Source of the DNA: Takakia lepidozioides
Taxonomy: Eukaryota; Plantae; Bryophyta
Assembly (NCBI GenBank): GCA_030704615.1
Contig: CM060731.1
Location: 32,922,001 to 32,986,000, forward strand
Reading direction: 5' to 3'
DNA length: 64,000 nt
Each line of letters starts with the position of its first letter. Position 1 is the stretch's first letter. Position numbers and translations under genes: made by a program. This document shows, piece by piece, positions 50,892 to 64,000 of this stretch. Below the pieces are notes generated by a model. The model ran no database searches. It was not told where the DNA came from and saw only the letters and a program-made list of their open reading frames with translations.

Positions 50892-52239
50892 ATAGCCACA
50901 TCGACTTCTTTCCTGTCTGTCTTTCTCCGGCTTTCTCCGTCCAATCTTCGTCTTCTTCTTAGAAGTCTTGTTGCATCCTTCTCCCTCCCTCTCCCCGTGT
51001 TTCTCTCTCTCTTTTCCCCGCCATAGCCATACCCGCTCAGGCCGTCTTTCCTGCTCTGCTCCAACTTCCTTCATCCACTTCATTTTATCCTCGGCTTCTC
51101 TCGGGTACTCCTTCATCCTTCTTCCTCGTGGTGTAGCCATATCCGTGACAGGGCCGTCTTACCCGTTTGTTCTCAATCTTCCTTCATCCATGTTGCCGTC
51201 ATCTGCCTCCGCTGATTGTATGTATGTGGCATCGGCTCGGGTGTGACTTGTGGCCTCTTTTGGTAAGCTTTCTCCCGCTTTCCTTGGTTATTCGTTTTTG
51301 TCGGTTCTTTCTGTCTGGTATCGTGTGTGTCTTTGTGCAATACCTTTTTCTGTGGCTGTTCCGGTGGCACCCGGTTGTGTTTTTGCCTCTATTGGCGAGT
51401 TTTCCCTTCCAGTCCTCTCCGTTTGGCTCTTCGTTATCCGTGTTCTTTCATCAGGTCTCCCGCCATCTCTATCGGCTGTTTGGCTCTGTCACTGCCTGTG
51501 ACTTTTTGATTCATTTGCTGTTGAGCTTTCTCTCCGGCCCTTACTCCCTCTCATCTTTCATCCCCCTTATTCCCGCTGCCTCCTCCCGTATTTTCCACTT
51601 TCGTTTCTTTTGAACGTTCAATCTCCCTCCCCTATCTTCTTGTTGACTCTCCCACCAATCGCCCCGCTTATCCTTCTCTTTATACCTGGCTTGTCCCCTC
51701 CATATACGTCTGACTCTCTGTTCCCTTATCCGTCTTCATGGTCTCTCTGTCTGGTGTTTCTTGACACTCTTTCTATATGTAAGTATATGTTTTGCATTTT
51801 TCTGCCTGCTGTCTTCTTCCCACTTGTTTTCTTGTTGCATCTTGCGGTTGCCATCAGCTTCTGGATTCATTGTTACCATTTACCATCTCCACGCCTAGCC
51901 TACTTGTTACCGACTGTCCATACTCTCTATTTATAAGCTTGGAAGCCTCCTCTACCAATCTACCTGGCCTTTCTCTTTTCCTCGTCTTTGTCCTCTCAAT
52001 TGGTGAATCCCCCAGACATGTGTACTTCCTCCCTCTTCCCTTCTGCTTTTGATTCAACTGATGAATGGCAAGGCATTCGATCTGTAGGTTGGATGGGCGT
52101 CAAGGATCTTAAGTAGGTGGGTAACCACCTGGTGGAATAGGCCAAATCAATTTCCTACTTAGGTCAGGCTGTCGTCCCTCTTAGTTTTATTGGTACAACA
52201 CCTTCAACTCTGCTACGGTTTGCACTTCAGACGGTTCCA

Positions 52240-55200
52240 TGAGAAGGTCGTATTATGGTTCCGGCTGTGAACAGCGAAAGAGCCATGTAGAGATGCTTAA
52301 TCAACCAGCGCCGGCATGGAACCTCCTGCACCAAGGAAAAGCCAAGATTGAGATCAACGACCTTCAGAACAGCAATGTAGGTCCATAACTCCACTCCAAG
52401 AACCTTGGCATCCCTTCTAGCTGTTTTACTCTGATTTTTTTGGCCCAGTTGATTTCGGACTGCAATCTACTGTAGGTCAGGGCTTGAAAGGTCATTTCTT
52501 TGCATCATCTTATTTTGACCTATTGTGTGTAATTTAAGGTGAAAGAACTGGCAAGGAACTAAAAAACACTCTACGACATGAGCTTATCAGAGAGACCTAT
52601 GACTTCAAAGTAGACAGTGAAGAAGTAATTGTAGTGTTGTGGCCTTAGAAGATCATCGAGTTGTTCGGGCATCATTTCTGTAGAATAGAGCTTGATGCAC
52701 TATGTATTCTGCTCAGCAATACTCTGATGTCATTGTGCCAGATGAAGCGCAGGAATGATGTGGATGAGGATCATGAGATGGAGATTAGTGGTTGGAATGG
52801 TTTTGTAAGCACAGAAACTAGCCCTATAGTTACACCCAGCTCAGGTGGCGGAGGAAGGAGAGGGAACCGGCCTAAGTTTGTGAGACAATCAAAAAATGGA
52901 CCTCAAACACCTGGCCAGTCTGGCATTGGTAAATTTCTTTAACCTACTCAAATCCAGTTCTCACAGTTGCTTCCACTTCCTTCCATTTTCAGCAGAGCTG
53001 ATGCCAATTTTTTCTCTCTTATACCCTCGCGCACTCTTCCAAGTAATTCCATTGCCTCCAGGGGAGGAGCACTAGAAAAAACCAAGCCCCAAGTGCTCCT
53101 AGAAAACAATGTGCCAGGCGGGTGGGACTTAGTACACCTTCTCAGAACTGAACGTGGCTGTTAGTGACCAGGGGTTTCTAGGAAGTCGCCAATATCTTCT
53201 CTGGATCTCATAGTAGGTAGGGCATGGAAAGAAGAAATGATATTGTCTCCACACTGTTGAGAGGCATTGTATGCGCTTGATTGTAAGCCCTTACATGATT
53301 CTTCAGTGTTTCTCCTTAGTGGATGAGGCTGAAGAGTGGCACAGGGATATGCAGAGGGACAGATGGTCAGCCTGTGAATTGGTTACTATGCAGCCTTGCA
53401 AGCAAAAGCCATATAGCATAGGATGTCTCAGTATAATGAAGTTGGGGCTCTGTTTGATACAAGCTTAGATTGGTACTCTTCATTGACATGATGATGTAGC
53501 AGTGTATTGATCCTATTCCTCTATGTCTATGTCGTTAGCCTTTAACATGTGAGCTCAATATTTCTCTATGTTGAGGTTTTCAGTTGTAATCTTCACAGGA
53601 AGTAAGTTGCCTTCATTCAAACCTCGAAGTTGTTGGGCCATACTTCTGTCCTTATTTTGCTATTTGCTTTATTACCTTCTGAGATGGAAACCCCCCCAAG
53701 TAGCTCAAATGGTTATGAGGGTCTCTTAAAGTGGATTTATTGTGATTGCATGGGAAGATCTAGGCATTTTTTCGTGAATCTCAATCTGAGGCCACCAACT
53801 TCTATGAAGTATCAAAATTGTAAACAGTCTTCTGGAAAGGGAGGAGTGCTCAATCCTAGCGGTAAGCTGTCATCAATGGGTATCAATCGCTGTGTGTGCA
53901 GGATCTCCAACAAGTAGTGCACCCACACCAAACAGTACCTGTCGCTACGACAGCTCACTAGGTATGTCCTTCCATGTAGCTTAATTTCCAGGTTGGCCTG
54001 TACATGCTTTCCATTTTTAGCCTACATCCACTTGGAGTGGATGTACGTTGTTACTGTGAAAACCTTTTCACTCAAGTATCGTTGACTGTCTTCGTACTTG
54101 TGAGCTGACTGTCCCTCTGTTCCTCTCAGGATTGTTGACAAAGAAGTTCATTGACCTCATCAAGCAAGCAGATGATGGTGTCCTGGATCTCAATAAAGCT
54201 GCAGACACTCTGCATGTTGGTAGCTCATCCTTCACTGATGTTTACTATGTGAAAGTTTGCTGGTAAATTTTTCAAGGTAAAAGTTCCAATTGGCAATAGA
54301 TTTTGTAAAGCTGGCTTGTATGCATGAAGAAGTTGAGTGGATGTCTTCCTTTGACCCCACTGTTGGCTAATGAGTGTGAACATTCAGAAGACTCCGGATC
54401 TTTTTTGCATAAGCTGTAGTAAAACACCCAGTTTTCTTGAAGAGTCAATGATGGTAACAGGTACAGAAGCGGAGAATTTATGACATCACCAATGTGCTCG
54501 AGGGGATTGGATTGATTGAAAAAAAGTTGAAGAACCGGATACGCTGGAAGTAAGTGGTCTCTTTCTGCCTGGTGTGCTTCCTAACAGTTCCAGTGTGTAA
54601 GCTTCAGGAAAGCTAAGTGGAGACCATTACCCTCCTGGTTCTCCCGCACTGTTTATATTGTGATGTTGAAGGTCTCCACTCTAAGTAAGTGTAACAAAGA
54701 GATGAGCACACTCCTCATCTATTAGCTGCAGATGGGGGATTTCCTTTCTAGAGTGGGAACTTGGTTGAGCCTATTCTATGTCCTCTACATTTAAACTTGA
54801 GACACACATGAACTGCTCACAGCTACTCACTTCTTGACTTTTCATTGCTTGTGGGACAGGGGCCTTGGGGTGGCAAGGCCAGGGGAAGCTAAGGATGATA
54901 TTGCCATGCTTCAGGTAGTAATATCTCGCAGTCTAGCAATTGCGTTTGCACTGTCTTCCACTTCTACAACCATATCCAAATTCTTACGATATTCATACAA
55001 TCACCATCCGCATCACAACTATGTGCTAACCTATATCTCAGTGGAATGCTATGAAAATACTTCTCTTTTTGGACTTCATATGGTGTACATCAACAAAATA
55101 CAATGACATTGGACATTCCTATCTCCCCTTTACTTTGATTCACATACTCATGTAAGTGTGCTTTCACAGGCGGAGGTGGAGGACCTGCACGTGGAGGAGC

Positions 55201-57927
55201 GAAGGCTGGATGAGAGCATTCGGTAGGTTTGGTATTTTTTAGCTTGCTTTATATATTATGTCAGCATCCATTGGGATAAGGGAATCTCCATCAAGCTCCT
55301 TTCCTGACTGTGGTTGTGTGGATTGCAGGGAAATGAGAGAGCGGCTGCGCACCCTGAGTGAAGATGAGAACAACAAGCAGTATGCGTCCTTCCTCATCTG
55401 TGTTCAGCTTGGGGTTCGTTCATACTAGGCATTCCGGCTATGAGCTTTTGAGAAATCATCAAGATCTGGGCTTTCTGCATTCATCTCTAGTGGTGGCATT
55501 GTAGAACTCTCATTTTCTCTGGAGCAGGTCAATATCTAGACTGCATTCACTAGCCATTTTATTCTGCCCTCCTCTCCAGATGGCTTTATGTTACTGAGGA
55601 TGACATCAAGAGCTTGCCATGCTTTCAGGTCAGTGAAATTTCTCTGCAGTCGTTCAAGCTTTTCTGAACCTGTGTGCCTGAAACTGAGCTTTTGAAACAC
55701 TCACTAGACTATTTTGCAAGGCAATGAACAGTTTTGTGCCCTTTCTTGTGAGTCATGTATCTCACAAACACAGTATCAGGTTCTTTGCTATGCCTGGGAG
55801 ACTAATCTGCTTGTTATCTTTCAAACAGAATGAGACGCTTATTGCTATCAAAGCTCCACATGGCACCACTCTTGAGGTCCCTGACCCTGATGAGGTAGGC
55901 CATTAGTCACATCCTTCTGATAGATAATGTGAATGCCAATCACATATAACACGGCCGAAGTCTGTTTGTCTGTAATCTACTAGTCTGTTTCTTCCTTTCT
56001 GTGTACAGGGCATGTAGGTGGCAGACTCAGTAGTTTTGCAGAGTACCTGATAGGGTCTGGAAAGGTTGTTGCTTACTGACATGGTGAAATTTGGTTGCTT
56101 CAGGCAGTGGAGTACCCACAACGACGCTTCCAGATTCTGCTCCGCAGTACCATGGGCCCCATCGATGTTTACCTGGTCAGGTGTGTTTCTGTCTGTTAGA
56201 TGCAGAAGCATGCAGCACTTTTCCTCTTTGAGGTCACTTTGGAGGCAACAAGAGTCATTCTGTGCATGAGGATATTGTCTTCGGCAGATCCTGAAGAAGT
56301 GTGAAAGGATGTAACTTGCGTGCCTTGGATCTCTGGGCATGTGTATAGTGGTCGTGGTTCTTGCAGCTACTGCTTGGTGTGAACTGTGAACTCTCATCAG
56401 CATTAGTCAGATGATTAGTACTGTTCATTTGTTAAACCATCTGTTGTCCATGCAGTTTGAGCAGTGATTAAGTTACCATTGCATAATTGTCATTTTCAAT
56501 TGCCACATATACGTGATAAAGAACAGACTGCTTATTGCTTTGGGATGCTTATGGCAGTCGGTTTGAAGGGAAGTTTGAAGAGATGAATGCAGCTGAGATG
56601 CCAGTAGAGCTTCATCCAATGCCTCTGACGACAATGCTGTCTCCATCTGCCATGGCAATGGGTCATCATGACGGTGGCATGCCCATTGGACCTGAGGTGG
56701 GGCATCCCATGTCAGATCTGGGGCATCCTGGCAGTCATGACACAGCTTCTCCAAGCTCTGAACCCAGTAGCCCACAACATGATTTTGTGGGTGGAATTAT
56801 GAGAATTACACCTGCCGAAGTGAATGTGAGTGGATCCTACTTCTGTGTAAGGAATGTTGAGGAGGTTTCACACTATCATGTGGCTGGATGGTTGTGGGGG
56901 ATCCTCGGGTCCAGCTGTTTTAATGATAGTGTAGCAACTTGTCAATACTGCGATTCTAGTCTGTTCTGCCTTGTGCTTTCAGATGCATCCATACCAGGTG
57001 CTTGAATGAAAGCCTCTGTCATGATCGTGCTCATTTGTATTAATGCTTGGGACAGTGCTAGGCAGAGCACATTCACTGGCTTGTGCCTGTGAACATTTCT
57101 GTAGTGACACCTCAAAGGATTGTGCAATAGTTAGCTCTCATTGTGGTGCATTCACTATTGAAGTTCCTCTCTGCAGCTAAAGAACGCGCATTTGGTCTCC
57201 GCAGTTGGTCTTGACTGTCTAAGCCTTGAATGTGTGATTTCGTATTGTAGCAACATTTATTCACAGATCTCAGTGGGGTATTACTGCAGACGGATACGGA
57301 CTATTGGTTGCTGTCCGATGCAGGCGTTGGCATCACCGATATGTGGAGAAGTGATCGTATCCTTCTTATTCCACATGGATTGACGTCTTGTTTACTCCAG
57401 TCCTCTATTGAAAATGTATGTTTACTATGTGTATGCAGCTTGTATCAGTCCGATATCTTACTGTCTGTTTCCTTTGGATCTGTCCATCGTGGATATTCTG
57501 GGGGAGGGGAAGTTATGGAGCTAGAATCTGCCAATATTTTGCAAACCTGCATGAGCTACATCAAGTTGTGTGCCAAGCCTCATCTTTCAAGTGTAGTTGG
57601 CCAGGTGGGCCAAACGCACAATCACGTGCTAGGGGTTTTCCTTGTTCTATAGGCTTAAAAGGCATGTGAGTGAGTGAGTGAGTGAGAATGAGCAGTCTTG
57701 GAGTTGTGTGCTCCTTTTGTTCTTGCAGTCAGTTGGGTTCGTGAAAAAGAAGCACTTGCCATGTCTCCAGCATTTTGTAAGCCTTGACAGTTGACATCAA
57801 AGCTTCAAATGCCATGTGGGATGAGGTGGTGAGGCTTAATGCAGAGTTCGGAATTGGGGACATGGAGTCACCGCATCCCCACACTCCTCCATCTGGCAGT
57901 GCTCTCGAAGTGGACCCTGTGAGTTGA
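52240..57927 (+). CDS. E2F: E2F transcription factor (E2Fa/b-like), ~14 coding exons; first exon uncertain
   Basis: Exons incl. 52742-52928, 53902-53961 (CRYDSSLG), 54130-54215 ([27 protein letters not shown]), 54461-54550 ([30 protein letters not shown]), coiled coil, [52 protein letters not shown] (marked box), [16 protein letters not shown] (RBR-binding); stop at 57925-57927. Confidence 0.95.
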
Positions 57928-58148
57928 GCATTCTTCGGTGTTCTGGTCTGCTAGTTGGGCCCAACCGTCTGAAACCTGTGGATCCATCTGATGGTGTCTA
58001 TAGATGGTGGTGGCAAGCTTGTGGGTTGTTTTGCAGAGAATTTTGAAGTCAGTCTGATGCTGCTGCTGCACCAGTGAAGTGACCCAACTTTGTACATTAG
58101 AACAAGAGTTAAGCTTTGCTTGAGCAGTAGAGTGCTGCGTGTGCACTT

Positions 58149-58345
58149 TAGTCCCCAGGGCCTATATAGATTCTAAAGGTGCCAAAGGTGGTCCTCGTGA
58201 GTATTATTGCATCTTCCTGACTCTTGGGTATGAGCCTCTACACTAGTCCCCAGGGCCTATATAGATTCCAAAGGTGCCAAAGGTGCCAAAGGTGGTCCTC
58301 GTGAGCATTATTGCATCTTTCTGACTCTTGGGTATGAGCCTCTAC
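58149..58345 (+). repeat. ~95-bp tandem duplication in the E2F 3' region
   Basis: tagtccccagggcctatatagatt...gggtatgagcctctac occurs twice; the second copy has an extra aaggtgcca. Confidence 0.85.
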
Positions 58346-59322
58346 GTTCCCAATCAATTTGTAACCATGGCATCACAGCAATCCTTGTGGCTATGGTGGT
58401 TCGTTGTAGCATTGAAATAAGTCTAGGGGAATTAGTTAAAATGAGAAGCGCACCCCTGTTGAATGCCAAAGATTTTGTGGTGGATGACAACATTGTCAAA
58501 CTCCAGCAAACATTTGGGAAGGACACATGGGACTAAACTGAGCAGCTCAATTTCTTTGTGAAACTCAACCCAATAATATAGCTGCAGTTTATCTTTCCTG
58601 TGGTCGAAGATCACAACGTTTCAGAAAGATTGCTTTGAGTGGCACTCTTTCTAGTCTCAGATATTTGCGGTGAACCTGTAAACAATACCAGTGACCGAGC
58701 AAGAATATGACAAGTTTCTAGTAGATCTGAAGTTCTAACTTCACAAAGGTTCCATTGATGATGTATTGTCAATTTGATGTATAAAAGGGCTTTTGTTCCT
58801 GGCAGTAAGCAAGCAAGTTTGTATTTGCCTGTTGCACAGATTAGTGGGAGAAAAAGGGATTCAATTTGGAGGAAAGGTATTTTGTTTGTGTAGTATGTAA
58901 ATTAGAACAGATCTATCACAAATCCAACATTGATTATACCTTTCTAAACTGACACTTTACCATCTCAATCTATTCATACCATATACTTGACTGTAATCGA
59001 ACTGATCATGTATGTTCAAGATTTCCAAACTGCAGGGCTTGTTGATCCAAGCAATCGTAATGGTGTCCACACATCATTTACTTGTACTCATCTACTGTCT
59101 CCATCCTTTTTGAAAAGATGATATGTAATTGTGGAGAATGGCGGTAAGGACCTTTTCTCCAACTTTCACATTTACAGATCAATTTTCTCAACCTTTTACA
59201 TTTACAGATCAATGAACCGGTGAAAATGTTTTTCTTTAAAAGCCTAATACACACTATCATCAGCTTCAAGTAAGCACCCTGGACTTCTCTGACAAAAATT
59301 ACATTGTACTGTTTGCAGTCTC

Positions 59323-62045
59323 CTAGGAGGCGGTTGTACCAAAAATTGACTCTTGCTTGCTGACAAACACCCCACCTGCTTGTGACTGCTTTGATTTGGC
59401 CACATTAAATGAAACCCTATTGTGACCACTCCCCCTGGGAGCCGAAGGTGGGCCCGGAGCATGCAATGCACCTTCCACTGTTATCGTATACAGAGTGGAG
59501 AGAAAAGAACATGATAAGAGGAAAACCACCAAAACAACCTGTCAGTAGAGAATTACTCACAACTCACGATCTGAGCTGAATATAAACTTGTGATGAGAAG
59601 GAAAACATAGTGTACATACATGATGCAGTCCCGTGATCATACGGTGAATCGCCTTTCTAATGTAAGAAGCAAGGGAAATGCCTGAAAGCTTTTCCTGTTT
59701 TTGAGGGATGGGGGTTAGGAAAAAAAGGAAATGTTTTAGTATGAGGTCTCTCATTTCATGACCTCAGTCCCTCCCAGAGCCAACAATTACCTTGCCACTC
59801 CCAAACTATTTTGGACTCCCCCTTCACCATCTTGGGGTACTGATCAATCCGCGAGTCTTGTTGCACCATGGTCTCCACCTGAATGCATCCAACCATGCAC
59901 ATCCTGTTTGTGACTCAAACTTGAACCATCAAAAGTCCATATTACCAATCTGATGGCAATTGCTATCCAAAAGTACAGATTCCCAGGTTTACCCTCACCT
60001 GTTTCCATAGAGTAACCAACCTCCGTTCACTTGGCAGAAGCAGATGATCCCGTAGGCGAGATGCCACCACCCATTTGGCTTCTTCTATGCTCCCTGTTGC
60101 CTTCTGTGACAATACTTCACAAACCTGCAAGGATGCAGTTTTCAGTCGAAACTGGAATGGTGTTAGAGATCCCTAGTCCAAACAAGATTGTCTCATGCAT
60201 TCCCAAGACTGTCACCTACTACTAGATAAACAAAGGATTGATGGTCCCATAATACTTGACCTCCAGATAGAGTTGCTCGGCTCGTGCCCATTGTCTCTTA
60301 CGGCGCAAAAACTTCAGGACAGGGAACGCCACCATCACAACCTGTTGCAGTTGATGGAGGTCATGTCAAAAAGGGAAGAATTTGAGATTCCCCTGGCACG
60401 GACTGAATTTTCAATAAAATGACTCAATTTTCCTTCTGTAAGCTGACATCTTCTGTTGATGAATGATAGATGCTCCAGCAGCAGTCATGCACTTTGGTTG
60501 GAGGGTACTGCATTAAAGATTTTCCAGCAAGCACAAGAATTATGGACCAACATTACTCCCCTATGAAGGGTTTCCTGGAAACGAGCAAATGTCCATACCA
60601 AACATGGGGACAAAACATATCAAGAGAAGCAATGGAGGGAAGGAAAGCCAACCAGAAAACTGTAAAAGGAGAGACCCAAGAAGTTAGCCACGACCCACTC
60701 TCGAATGCGGCAACTGAACGGCTTGTAGTACTCTGCAACTTCACTGGGACAGAGGAACTCTCGCATCCTGGACAAGACATCAAAAGAATCTGCTTGGGTG
60801 TGATTCTAACCATTGCTTAATCTGCACAAGTAGTTCCACAAAGGAACTTAAATCAATGGATCTCCATAGCACGCGAATGCCTTGCAATGTCCCAGTATGA
60901 AGAGCTTAGGCTGAAAGATTTTGTACTTTTCTACAGCAAAATGCCAGTGAGGGTCCAAGGTGCAAACTCAAGAAGGTTTGTGTGGATGGCGAGTGTGTCT
61001 GAGGCCACAAGATCCAATGCTTTCTCTCTAGCCAGAGATAGCTTCTGAGCATCTAGACCCATCTTTGCTTCCATGCTAGGGTCCCAAAGCTCTTCTTCTG
61101 TCACCTGCACTCATTCCCCACTCCAAGCTATTGGATTCAGCTTGTGGTAACCCACATGCTCGATGAGGGACACTGAAAGCATGTCAATGGAAAAAGTGAC
61201 TGAAGTTGGCTAGGTTTGAAACGTGTACCCATCTGTTCCCGACGCCATCACATAGGGCACGGCCAGCAATCCGGCACACCTTATTCTGAATGAATTCTGC
61301 CTGCATGTCCATTCACTGAACATCAACTTTTGGACGTCGGGCGATCAAACAACTGCAAGCATAGCACAGTCTGCTAAATTCATCTGAAAGAAGAAATTAA
61401 TTAGTTCGAATGGGAAACTAGCATCCACTAAAGCTGGAGTCTCTGGCGATTTCACATATTGCTCAAACCGAGACCCAAAAAAACCCTCGTCCACGGTTGA
61501 TGAGGAATACCAGCTTTTGAGCATTTTGATCGATCTGCTTGTCGGATACACATAACTTGCCCTGGCGCTTGAATCCTGGCAAACATTCCAGCTTGCCATC
61601 ATAGCATACACCATTCTCCGGACATGGGATACAGTCATCTGCGGAAAACGTTCACATTCAGAACATTTTCGTCACTCCATATGAAGCATCCCTGCTGCGG
61701 CCACAAATCTAGTGGTACACGAAATTCACAACCCCGAGTGCTTTTCTTCACAAGAAAGATGAAGGAAATACCCGATGTAGGCTGCCCACTGTCACAGAAA
61801 GGTTTTCGAGCTTCCTTGATCCATCCAATGGATGCCAAGCTGGAAAAGTAGACAACAACTGCAACCACCAGAATTCCCACGACCTGCCACACCTGCTCTT
61901 TCCAAGTCAATGCACGCTCCTCCGACTGCGAGGCTCTGCCACGGCTCTTTTTGTGTCGGGGCTTGCCTACACTGGACGATCTCCCTGCTCGCTCCGATTT
62001 CACACCTGCATCGGTCTTCGCGCGCGGCGATGGCGGGAGGGGCAT
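59323..62045 (-). CDS. MAN1/Src1-like inner nuclear membrane protein (MSC domain), multi-exon
   Basis: Basic N-terminus, TM (VWQVVGILVVAVVVYF), KPFCDS, CIPCPENGVCYDGKLECLPGF, LCDG, YKPFSCRIREW, RAEQLYLE, WVVASRLRDHLLLPSER, VQQDSRIDQYPKMVKGESKIVWEWQ|VEG; last exon ends at TAG 59323. Confidence 0.85.
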
Positions 62046-62711
62046 ACCGCAATCTCAGAACAAACTCTGAATCCCACAGCAACGATCGCAGCCTGTTATT
62101 CTCCACCTCCACAGCCTCACTCTGATTCGGTCTGCTCCTGCAACACAATGTAACAGCAAGGAGAAGGTGTAGCTTAACTTTTAAGTCCAGTGCGATTTAG
62201 GGTTTCCAAGGGTGGGTGTGTGAGGAGGCAAGCACGGGTGAGTTCTGCAAAGTAAGCAGCGTCAGCGCCCGGCCCGCCTATTCGCCCCCCATAAATTAGT
62301 GCGCACAAGGGCGCAGCAATTGGCATCGACCAATCGCATTGTTTTCCTTACTCATTAGTTTAAGGCAGGGAGCCTATCGCGCTCCCACTACTTATAGGAC
62401 GTAAAGGCAGAGTTTGTTACAAAAGATATGGGATTATTCCAACCCCCAAATATGCCTCAATTCCGCACACTAACCCTTCCTCTGTCGCCGTTTTTTGGCC
62501 CCCTCACACGAAAGTTGAGGAGGATTCCCATGCCCACAGATTGCTCCTTCGATTAATTAGCTGATGGTACACACGGTAGACAGTGAGGTTATTGTCTAAG
62601 GTTGGTGATCGTCTCGCACCTCCGTCGCTGCTTGGCAGAGGAGGGGGTGAGCTCGTGGGCTCGCGGACAGTCTTGGAGGAGGGGAGGAGGGGAGGAGGGG
62701 AGGAGGGAGGG
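62046..62711. promoter_or_regulatory. Compact bidirectional promoter between the MAN1-like and thioesterase genes
   Basis: Head-to-head ATGs ~670 bp apart; telo-box-like tagggttt (~62198), GC boxes, CCAAT. Confidence 0.45.
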
Positions 62712-63880
62712 ATGGGATCCTCAGGGGACTCGACAGTAATCGGTGAGGCGGGCCCAACGCCGCAGAAGTGGCTGCAAGGGTTGAAATCCAAAGTGGCTGT
62801 GGCGAAGCCGGAGTATGAATTCCTCGGCTTCCATGACACGCTGCTGCTCCAGGACATTGTGGTGCTGCTGTTTGAGCCCGGCCATCTCACCTTCACCATT
62901 CCCGTGACTGCCCGTCTCACTGTATGGGTTTCCTGATCCGTTGCTCCTTCCGTCCCCCTTCCATTATCGCTTAGTAGATGGGTGTTTGACCAGGTTTTCA
63001 GACTCATTTTCAGCTTGGTGCAGTGATGAGTTGCTAGGAATCGGAGGTAAATGTCTTGGACGTCTCGGGCTAATGTGCCATGAGACGTGCGTCTGCTCAG
63101 AAATAGTCTTGTTCTGTTGTTTGAGAAGCAGATAAGACGGATTGCGTCTGTGGAACAAAGTAATGGCTGGAGGACCTTATGGATCCGATCCAAACAAAGG
63201 GCTTCAAAGCTGTGTTGGGCCCTTGCAAAGATTTCCGTAGAGTGTCAAGTAATAGGTCAAGGTTGAGTGGAAATCTCAATGTAATACATCAAATCTAATC
63301 ATGTGAATGGCAGTAGTGGACTGTATACAGATAATTCTGACCTAGAAATGTGTCTGGCACCAATTTGTGATGTCTATCATCAGTTCTTAGACTGAAATCC
63401 CACCCCTGGTGAGAAGTCTTCTGTAACTCTAGCACAACTATTAGTATTTGTAGAGTGACCTGGTAGACAGACTTTTGTAATTACTAAGTTGAAATGTCAA
63501 ATCGGGGTCTCCTCAAGATCATATGACCTGTAAAGCTTGGCAGCAATGGATGATTTGCTCAGTGCGCAGGACAATATGAACTCATGCTTGCATTGTTGTG
63601 CATTGGCAGTTGAGGTGATGAGGAAGACCATGGAGATGTCAAATTGCACCGTGGTTGTCTTTCCCAAACATGTTTACACAAGCCCCACAGCGTGAATGCA
63701 TAACCTTGTGACATGATGGGGCTGCTGGTGCAGAACAAGTATAACACGTTGCATGGAGGTGCCATAGCCTCGCTGGTTGACATGTCTGGAGCATTTGCAA
63801 TGACCAGTGCCATTGGTCGCGGGATAAAAGGAGTGACAACAGACATCACCATTTCCTATATATCCGCAGCTCCACTCAAT
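62712..63880 (+). CDS. PaaI/ACOT13-like hot-dog-fold acyl-CoA thioesterase (partial; continues beyond window)
   Basis: Exon 1 62712-62921 (..FHDTLLLQDIVV..EPGHLTFTIPVTARLT), exon 2 63734-63880 (NKYNTLHGGAIASLVD..GVTTDITISYISAAPLN); HGG..A.LVD signature. Confidence 0.88.
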
Positions 63881-64000
63881 GTGGGTCCCTCTGCCCACTG
63901 TTCTACTTGGTGTGTGGTGTCAAAGAAGTGGGGAAGTTCATCTAGAGAAAACACCGAAACAGGATTTGTAGTGGTTGTCTTAGATTGGGGGAAAGTCATT

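Noticed and set aside
50240-52057. Many overlapping Arg/Lys/Glu-rich or Leu/Phe/Ser-rich ORFs
   Set aside because: Products of the CT/GA compositional bias; no domain signal.
62504-63193. 229-aa minus-strand ORF
   Set aside because: Antisense to thioesterase exon 1 and its GA-rich leader; no motif.

Overview
Eukaryotic nuclear DNA, most consistent with a non-seed land plant (probably a moss or other bryophyte; inferred from the gene and TE repertoire, not proven). The window is TE-rich and holds five intron-containing host genes: plastid SecY (SCY1, +), a PLS-class PPR-E-DYW editing factor (-), an E2F transcription factor (+), a MAN1/Src1-like inner nuclear membrane protein (-) and a PaaI/ACOT13-like thioesterase (+, runs off the end). 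Top observation: the PPR-DYW gene has three additional upstream exons, joined by phase-compatible GT-AG introns, that encode two OSB-type PDF ssDNA-binding motifs. This predicts a PDF-PDF-PPR(17)-E1-E2-DYW deaminase. Second observation: an L1-like LINE has lost a ~2.3 kb internal RT segment, and the complementary segment sits inverted ~2.4 kb beyond the LINE 5' end inside a non-autonomous Helitron-like element. Also present: a Copia with non-canonical TA...TA LTR termini, a Gypsy with a PHD finger fused in frame to a gamma-carbonic anhydrase remnant, an RLE-type LINE remnant, hAT MITEs, a SINE, and orphan gene fragments (PsbS helix, vwkA-type VWA, receptor kinase, LRR). All calls come from reading the sequence and recalled family motifs; no searches were run.
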